From the NCBI GenBank assembly GCA_963663965.2, contig CAXXFK010000033.1, positions 64,001 to 128,000 of the forward strand: 64,000 nt of DNA, in the 5' to 3' direction. Below are positions 53,601 through 64,000 of the stretch, in pieces. Origin of the DNA: Sedimentisphaerales bacterium (lineage in GTDB: Bacteria > Planctomycetota > Phycisphaerae > Sedimentisphaerales > SM23-30). Numbering within the stretch: position 1 is the first letter of the stretch; each line of letters opens with the position of its first letter. A program made the translations under genes and the position numbers. The notes beneath the pieces were generated by a model that saw only the letters and a list, made by a program, of their open reading frames with translations, searched no databases and had not been told where the DNA came from.

Positions 53601-56600
53601 TCTCGCAGGGTATGCCCGATCTGGAGGTTGAATCACTGGAGGCATTGATATTTGAAGAGGTCAACTGGGGTGAGACGGTGAACCTGTCTTATGAGGTGGC
53701 CAATCGCGGCACGGCCGCCTCCGGACCGTTTGACGTGACGTTTTATCTGTCTAAAAATGCCCTGATCACTGCCGATAAAGATGTCGCGTTGGGTACCGTC
53801 ACAATCAGTGACCTGGCAGGATTAAGCAATTATCCCAATTTTGCCGAAGTGACCCTGCCATCAACGAATCCGTTTGTGCTGGCTGGAAGTAATACCGATC
53901 CAATGATGGGCGGACAGTATTATTTTGGTATGATTATCGATCCAACCAACGCAGTAGAAGAGATTGAAGAGACCAATAACGCGGCGGAGGCTTCCGCGAT
54001 CAGCGAAATTGGCAATGTGGTGAATGTCGATCTGGTAGCCCAGGAAGTCTACGGCCAGAGTGGAGCGGCCATTGTACCCAATGAAGATTTTACCGTTTAT
54101 GTCGGTATTTATAACGATGGCAGTGAAGCGGTTGGTAATTTTGGTCTGGATATCTATCTGACTGGAGCGGGGATTATCGACGATAGTGCGGTTTTGCTGG
54201 GACAGTCGACAGTCAGCGCGATCGACGCGCGAGGGTATGCTGCCAAACAAGTTACCGTGAACGCTGACGCGGATACTCTCAATGGTTTTGTGGGCGGTGG
54301 TGGAATGATTGCGGTTGCCATTAATCCCAATAAGACGATTGAAGAAAAGAGTTATACCAATAATACGCTGTATGATCCGGTGATGTTCTCGGTGGAACAG
54401 CCGATTACGGCCGACGCGCAGGCGACTACTATTGATTTTGATTCGTTTGGAACCGTTGCCTGGGGTGACAGTCTGGTCGTGACCTATGAACTGGAACAGG
54501 AAGAAGGTTTCGATCTGCCAGTCAGTATTGTTTTACAGGATCCCACTTCGGGCGGCACCTATTCGCTGCTTGATTTTATCGTGAATGAAGCAGGTTTGAC
54601 CACGATCAGCAATGTTGCCCTGATCAGCCTGCCTCAGACCAGCCCGTTTGGCTACGATGGCGAATTCGAACTGGCGCTCATTATCGATCCATCCAATCTA
54701 CTCGATGAGGTGGATGAGACTAATAACGATGCGTCCGCTACGATTACCATTGGCAGCAACGCGCCCGATCTGGTAGCTCAAGGGCTTTATACCACATCCA
54801 TGGCAGGCGCCGGTGATACGATACAGATCTATGCCGACTTTGCCAACTATGGTTCAGAAAATGCCGGTCGGTTTGATATTTATTATTATCTGATCGATAA
54901 CAATAATGAACTGGATACGGATGATGCCGTTGAGCTGGGCTTTACCACGGTTTCCAGTCTGAGCACTCTGGCTTATTCGCTGGACGTCAAGTCGGTTACT
55001 ATTCCCAATTCGGTGGTTGATGGCAATTATTACCTGGCCATGAGCGTGGATGTTTGGTCGGAAGTGGATGAATCGGATGAAGATAACAATATTGTCATAT
55101 CCGGTGTGCCGTTGTTGATTAATACTGTTACCGTCACACCCGACAGCTATGAACCCAACAACAGCCGGACGGCCGCTGCGACCCTGACGATTACCGATGG
55201 CAGCAGTGGACATCTGGAGGCCAGTCTGCATGATGGCGACAGCGATTTCTATAGTTTTGTCACGCCTTCTGACGCCAACGGTTTTGCTCATATTGAGGCG
55301 GAACCGGATGGCTATCTCAATCTACTGATCAAAGTTTACGATCAGAACGGAACTTTACTGAATACGATCGATTATGAACCCACCTTAGGCGGTTCTGAAG
55401 TTTATAACAGCTTCAGTTTCAGTCCGGCCCGAACCTATTATCTTGAGGTGAGTCCGGTTGGCGGAACCTCGGGTGACTATAGCTTTGATATCGAATTGGG
55501 GCAGGGGTCTGCCGCCGGTGACGATTACGAATCGAATAATACAATCGGAAACGCGGCTTATATTGGTTCCAGCGATATCGGTTTTAGCGGTTTGAGTATC
55601 CATAATAGTACCGACGTCGATTATTATCTCTTTACCGTTCCGGAAAATTCTACCGGTGAGTTTATGATCGGAATTATGAGCGATCCGACCCTTGACGGTG
55701 TTTTGCAGATCTTTGATCAAGATGGCGAACTGATTGGCAGTTCGGACAATACCGGCGCCGGTGGTATGGAATATGTTGAATACGCCGGTGTACCGGGCGA
55801 TTACTATTATGCGGCGGTTCGCGCCTGGGCTCAGAGTACCGGGGCGTATGCCATGAGTCTGGAATTTGAAGAGACCCAGATGCCTGATAGTTATGAATCG
55901 AATGATACCAGGGAAACTGCGTCAAGTCTCACATTGAGCAATAGCGCTTTCAATATATACGATGTCAATATCAACACGACCAGTGATGTAGATTGGTATT
56001 CTGTTACGGTGCCAAGCGGCATGAATACGATTAACCTGAACGCTTACGGCGACGAAGATCTGGATCTCAAACTGGCGCTTTATTCCAATACCGGACGTTT
56101 AGTCAAAGAAGTGAACCGTAACGAAGCCGGTGAATATGAAGAACTGGTCAGCGGCGGCCGCACGCCGGGCAATCAGCTCTTTATCAAGGTCAGTGGGATT
56201 GACAGTTCCCTGGGCAGTTACAGTCTGGGCGGCTGGTTCGAAAATGCCCAGACCGGGGATGACGCCGAGCCCAACAATTATACCAGTGAGGCCTGGCCGT
56301 TGGAGATACCGGCAACCAGCAATTCAACGACGATCCGTAATCTGACGATTCATTCTGACAGTGATGAAGATTATTTCCGATTTACCGCTCCGGCTGAAAC
56401 CGATGGCACGGTGACGATTACCACGACGCCGGCCAGTTCCAGTACGGGTTTGAACCTGTCATTAACCTTGCTGGACAGTGACAAAAAAGTGCTTGCCACT
56501 GCCGATGTCAGCGGCGCCGGTCAGGTTGAGACTCTGACCTGGACCAATACGACCGCACCGATTGAAGCGGGTGAGATGTATTATATTGCCGCGCAAGGCT

Positions 56601-58852
56601 GGGGGACGACCGGTACCTATAATCTGAAACTGGAAACCCCGCGTACCGGAGCGGCCGTGGCTCAACCTTCAGCCGGTTCACCTTTCTTCCTGCCGGCCAA
56701 GGCGCTGCCGAGCCTGAAAGTGGATTATCTGGGCAGCGGATCGCAGGCCAGTGTGATCGTAACCGAGCAGATTGGACTCAGTAATGATGATACCCTCTCC
56801 TTTGTGCCCACCTCGGCAGGGAGCAGTACATCCGGTCTGGTAACCATTCGTAATACCGGTGGTACTTCACTGGACTATAGCCTTGAATTTACGACAGGAA
56901 CGGTATTTGCGGTTGGATCCGGTCAGGGCAGCGGAACGATAGCCGCCGGTGGCAGCAAGACGATCACGGTAACCTTTACCCCGTCGACGACCACTTCGTA
57001 TTCGGATACGCTGACAATAAAAGAAGGCGATACAGCACTCAAGGCGCTGACACTCAGCGGTACCGGAACAGTAACGCAACTGAAACCGGACATTGCCCTG
57101 ACCAATACCAGCGGGACACTGATCACTTCCGTTCAAATGCCCAATACTGAGCTGGAAGATACCAGCAGCGCCCAGTTTAAGATCTATAATCAGGGCAGCG
57201 CTTCTTTGACCATTACCAGCGCGCAGATTACCGGTACTGACGCGGCCGATTTCAGTCTGGTTGGTTTCAGCAACAATACCAGCGTGACCAGTACAACGCC
57301 GCGTACCTTTACGATTGAATTTAATCCGACCGAATCGGGCGGTAAGACAGCCAATCTGGTCCTGACCTCCAACGATCCGGATGAACCCACCGTCACCCTG
57401 GTCTTAACGGCAACGGCCGGTGTACCGGGATTGACATTTGATATTGATACCTCGGTTGATTTCGATGAAGTGATGGTCGATGGCGCCGGCGGTCAGACCG
57501 GGCGTCAGGCGATTACCATCGGAAATATCGCTTCAGCGACAGCCGATCTGGTCATCAGCAGCTTTACTTTCTCTAACAGCGCGTATAAGCTCGTTGACGC
57601 CAATGGTACGGTGATTAGCGGTATGACTCTGGAACCGGGTGAAACCATCAGCGGCTATCTGGTTTTCGATCCGACGGCGGAAGGAGTCTATAATGCGACC
57701 CTGACCGTGAGTTGTAACGATAGCGACGCCGATGTCATCAGTTTGACTGGTGTTGGCCGTACTGGCTTATCTATTACCGATGAACTGGGCGGTACGGCCT
57801 GGTTTGTCGATGAAGATGGTGATATTTTCCAGATTCGCTATTTGACGGCGGGTGAAGTGACCTTTACCGCGGCCGATCAGGACAGCCAGGACCGTCTAAC
57901 CGGTGATACACTGACTATAGAAATATTTGGTGATCATGGCAGGGGGTATCTGACTATTACGGATACCAACAGTGATGGCGATGGCATGATTACTATCGAT
58001 AACCTGACCATTGACAGTGGCTTTAAGTCCGTAGACGTGGAAGGTCATATCGAGAACCTGACGGTGGCCGGCGATCTGGCGAAGTTGACTGTTGATGGTA
58101 CGCTGACGGATGCCGAGATAAACGGCGATGTAAGCTCGTTGACGGCAGGTACGTTAAACGGTACTGTACAGGCTGATAGTATCGCGACAGTTCGTATTGA
58201 CAATGCTACGGATGGTGCGATTGATGCCGCGTTAGGCGCGTTGACTGTTAACAATGATGCCAATGGCCTGGATATTACCAGCGCCAGTGCAATGAATACG
58301 GTGAATTTTCTGGGAGACGCGACTAATATTCGTTTGACAGTTGATTCGCTGAACAAACTGAATATTGGCGGTGATTTGATCGATAGCGCCTTGACGGCAA
58401 CCGAAGGAGCGATCCGGTCGATTAATATTAAAGGCAGCTTCACCGAAAATTCCGGCCAATCAACCTTGAGTTCGGCAGATGATATTCGAGCTTTGAAGGT
58501 CCGGGGGGATATGGAAGCACAGTCGCTGTCTGTGAGTGGCTCGATTAACAGTCTATTGGTTAACGGCAGTTTCGATGTGGCCAATCTGTCGGTCAGCGGC
58601 GAGCTGGGTAAGGCATCGGTTGGTCGCAAGAATTCCGGTGGTGATGTCGCCGGGACAATCTCGGCCGGCAGCATGGGCAAACTAAAGTTCTATGGAGATT
58701 TAAGCGGCGCGATCAACGCAGTAAATTCGATTCGTAATCTGACGCTTTATGGGGATATGCTGGAAGGCTCTGCGATTACCGCTGATACGATCGATAAACT
58801 GGTGATATATGGCGTACGACTTGACGACAATATTGACGCCGTTATCGGATAA
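41653..58852 (+). CDS. Giant acidic surface protein (~5,730 aa): LEPRxLL leader, many CARDB repeats, PPC-like and Ig-like domains, beta-helix tail; split by four homopolymer frameshifts
   Basis: LEALEPRVMLAAD; repeated DL...WG...N.G...YLS.D...D..E.DE.NN units; D.YE.N(N/D) repeats; SNDPDEP. Frame restorable at ~42019, ~42443, ~43015 and ~47307. Confidence 0.85.
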
Positions 58853-58861
58853 CTAACGAAT

Positions 58862-58899
58862 AAAGGGCAGTATTCAAAAAACGGCCCTTTTCTTTTTTT
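58862..58899 (+). terminator. Intrinsic terminator after giant gene
   Basis: aaagggc...gcccttt followed by a T tract. Confidence 0.75.
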
Positions 58900-58964
58900 C
58901 AATTTATTAAATACAGTGTATATATATTGTATATATATTGGTTGACAGTTGTTAATGATCAATA

Positions 58965-60069
58965 TACTCTTCCAACATGAGAATGTCCGGTATCAAGCAC
59001 CTATGATGTGGAATTTCTCAGTCAGCAAGGTTATGAGTTCCGGTCGGTATGACCGGAGTTTTTTAAAGAAGAGCAGACAGGCCTTCTCAAATTCTGCGAA
59101 AGTCTCGTAGTACTTGTTATGCAATACTCTTTTGCGAAAATAGCGCCACAATCGTTCGATCAGATTCAAATTGGGCGAATAAGGCGGCAAAAACTCCAGA
59201 CGAATCCGGGAGCCCTTCAAATAGTCCTGCACCGCCTGGCTGCGATAGTATCGGGCATTGTCCGGAATCACATAAATCACCTTGGCTTCCGGATGTTTCC
59301 TTTCCAACTTTTTCAGCAGGGCGATGGTGGTGTCGCCATTAAGCGTCGCCGCAATCTCCATCACCACTTCCAGCGTAGCGGGGTTCAGCGCCCCGTTGAT
59401 ATTCAAGCGCTGGCGGCCGGTGTTGCTGGGCAGCGTGACCGTCTGCCCCTTCTTGATCCAGCCGCAGGCCGCGACGCTGTTGTGTTGCGGATGCACGCCA
59501 TCCATGAAATAAATGGGAGCTTTCTTGGCCTTCAGCTTTTTGTAATGCTTGATAAATGCCTCTTGCCGGGCGGCGTCGGCCTTACCGGGAACCAGCACCG
59601 GTTTTTTGTAAACAAATCCCAAACGATGCAGCAAATTGGTCATGCCTTGCACCGAATAGTAGACTCCGAACGCCTTGCGAACATAATCCACCACGGCCGC
59701 CACGGTCAGATAAACGGTTTGTTGCAGATGCTGATCCAATTGCTGCAATTGCTGCTCGCTCAACTCGCATTGGCTGCCCTGATAATCGGTCTCCCAGAAC
59801 GAGCCGTTCGGATTCCGGTGATAGGCATGCTGATACCGGTGGATGGTTTTTTCATCCAGAAGCAACGCCTCGGCCACCTTGGCCACGGTCCAACCGGTTC
59901 CCAGCAGAATGACCGCCTTGATCTTGTCTGCCTGACGCCGGTCTCTCAAGGTATGGTGCAACTGACGCAATCGCTGGATTTCCTTGGCATGCAATGGTTC
60001 CATGCGGTTATTATCGGACACTCCCAAGCGGTTTGTGCAATTTCTGGACAGATTCATTCAGGAACAGTA
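58965..60069 (-). mobile_element. Complete IS630-family element
   Basis: Imperfect ~26-bp IRs (TACTCTTCCAACATGAGAATGTCCGG / TACTGTTCCTGAATGAATCTGTCCAG), flanked by TA at 58963-58964 and 60070-60071. Confidence 0.9.
58993..60003 (-). CDS. IS630 transposase (single ORF, 336 aa)
   Basis: HTH, LHRLGFVYKKP, YFMDG, DNARYY, FLPPYSPNLNLIERLW. Confidence 0.95.
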   Translation of the reverse strand: MEPLHAKEIQRLRQLHHTLRDRRQADKIKAVILLGTGWTVAKVAEALLLDEKTIHRYQHAYHRNPNGSFWETDYQGSQCELSEQQLQQLDQHLQQTVYLTVAAVVDYVRKAFGVYYSVQGMTNLLHRLGFVYKKPVLVPGKADAARQEAFIKHYKKLKAKKAPIYFMDGVHPQHNSVAACGWIKKGQTVTLPSNTGRQRLNINGALNPATLEVVMEIAATLNGDTTIALLKKLERKHPEAKVIYVIPDNARYYRSQAVQDYLKGSRIRLEFLPPYSPNLNLIERLWRYFRKRVLHNKYYETFAEFEKACLLFFKKLRSYRPELITLLTEKFHIIGA

Positions 60070-60403
60070 TATAAAGCTACAGGGGGATGACCTGACTAAA
60101 TGTCATTAAGTGGGTTGATTGGATTCAGGTTGTGGGAAGCTGGATTTTTGAATTGATTATTCACTATGCCCTTGAGTTATTATTTTCAATGGCGATTGGT
60201 ATCCAGTTATTTATATAAGTCCTTTAAAAAAAGTGCTTATCTTTAAGGTGATTGGTTACTTTTTATACGATGGGTAAATTTTCCATATTAGCCAAAGTCG
60301 ATTTTAGAGCTTTTCTTTACTGGTGCGGGATATTGCATTTATGGGATTGGGATTGGTTCAATTCTGTCGTATCAAGTCACAATCATTGCTCTTCGAGTTA
60401 AGG

Positions 60404-61354
60404 TTAACTTATATGGATGGCTTTGAGGGCGAAGAGGCCGGTGGGGAGGGGGATGGGGTTGGTGCGGCGGTGGTATTGGCCGGTTTGTCGGAAGGTTTGG
60501 AGTTGCTGGCGGATGTAGGTTTCGGAGCCGATGGCCAGGCCGTCGATGAAGTGTTTGAACTGTTGCAGGAAGAGGCCGGGGTGGGCGAAACCCAGGGAGC
60601 GTTCGTTTTCGAGGATGGCGGCTGGGATTGGGGGTTGTTTGACCTGGGTGTCAGCGTCTGAGGGCGTGAGGTTGCCGCGGTAGGTGAGGCGGTGGGTGTA
60701 ATCTTTGAGGGCCTGGGGTTCGGTGGTGCGCTGGTCGAAGAGTTGATGGAGGGGCAGCAGCCAGGCGGCGGCGTGGCCGCGCTGGGTGCGTTGGTGGTAG
60801 GAGCAGAACTCGTAATCGGCGGGGTGGGCGGCCTGGCCGGCGCGGACGGGGTTGAGATCGACGTAGAGCATGCAGTCGCGGACGGCGCGTAAGTCTTTGA
60901 GGAATACTGACTTGAAGCGCGTGGCCCAGAAGCGGCCGCGGCGTTCGAAGGTCTGGTTGTACCATTTGGCGAAGCGGGCCTGGAGGTTGCGGAGGAGCTC
61001 GGAGAGGTCGAAGAGGCGGTCGTTGAAGCGCTGCCATTGGGCCGGGGACCAGTTGGCGATGATTTCCTGGGAGTGCGGGCCTGGGTAGAGCAGGTGGGCG
61101 CGGCGGGCGAGTTCGGCGGGCGGGAGCTGGGATTTGGGGTCGAAGCGGAGGATGAGGTGGTAGTGGTTGCCCATGAGGGCGAAGGCGGCGACCTCGCAGC
61201 AGTAGGCGCGGGTGTAGTGCTGGATGAGGGCGAGGAGTTTGCGGCGGCAATTGGGCTGCTGGAGCGGGCGGTCGGCGGGTGAGCCGGCGATGCGGCTGTA
61301 GACGTGGTAGAAGGCGGCGAAGCGGGTCTGCTTGAAGCGAAGGCGGCAGGACAT
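60404..61354 (-). CDS. Y1 HUH transposase, REP-associated tyrosine transposase (RAYT)-like
   Basis: FYHVYSR, AFALMGNHYHL (HUH), GRFWATRFKS, YVDLNPVRAG, YEFCSY. Confidence 0.88.
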   Translation of the reverse strand: MSCRLRFKQTRFAAFYHVYSRIAGSPADRPLQQPNCRRKLLALIQHYTRAYCCEVAAFALMGNHYHLILRFDPKSQLPPAELARRAHLLYPGPHSQEIIANWSPAQWQRFNDRLFDLSELLRNLQARFAKWYNQTFERRGRFWATRFKSVFLKDLRAVRDCMLYVDLNPVRAGQAAHPADYEFCSYHQRTQRGHAAAWLLPLHQLFDQRTTEPQALKDYTHRLTYRGNLTPSDADTQVKQPPIPAAILENERSLGFAHPGLFLQQFKHFIDGLAIGSETYIRQQLQTFRQTGQYHRRTNPIPLPTGLFALKAIHIS

Positions 61355-61515
61355 AACGTAACTCCTTTTATATAAATACGATATACTAATTAATGATTGG
61401 TATGAGGGCTTTGGATAGTTGAAGGATAATGGGTGAAGAAAGAGTTGTCAACCAAATAATATACACTGTGTATAATAAAAAGAGGGAAAGATAGGAGTGG
61501 GGATGGAGGGGGGGG

Positions 61516-64000
<2,485 letters not shown>

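Noticed and set aside
58917..58940. (TGTATATATAT)x2 beside IS630
   Set aside because: A short AT microsatellite outside the IS ends; at most reflects TA target preference.

Overview
This 64-kb window most likely comes from a Planctomycetota (Phycisphaerae/Sedimentisphaerales-like) chromosome. That is an inference from the LEPRxLL giant protein, a DUF1559-type pilin-like protein, a PEP-CTERM protein, a Tat sulfatase and dockerin-like tails. Contents in order: an IS4-family transposase interrupted by a complete IS21 (5-bp TSD CGTTG); a secreted DNRLRE-type protein; an ECF sigma/anti-sigma/PDZ operon; GH38 mannosidase-cmoA-ThuA; a corrinoid protein, an inositol monophosphatase and a DUF2617-like gene; a ~1.7-kb field of short periodic repeats; a complete type II-C CRISPR-Cas9 locus (tracrRNA with its own promoter, 1057-aa Cas9, cas1, cas2, 18 identical repeats each carrying a full -35/-10 promoter); a REP-like cluster; a sulfatase; a probable Zur-controlled metal module; an oxidoreductase, GH30, a GT39/phosphatase pair and alr; a ~5,700-aa CARDB-repeat surface protein; IS630; a RAYT/Y1 HUH transposase; and a truncated GH2 beta-galactosidase. 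Eight frameshifts in three genes all fall in homopolymer runs and are probably long-read errors. Best leads: (i) the metal module, which combines a palindromic operator, a Fur/Zur protein and a CxxC...RGPP leader peptide ahead of PEP-CTERM/pilin-like/dockerin genes; (ii) the Cas9 locus, which is bracketed by a shared 10-bp-periodic repeat family including an exact 14-bp direct repeat; (iii) the promoter-containing CRISPR repeats and a wobble-paired tracrRNA. All calls were made by eye; no database searches were run.
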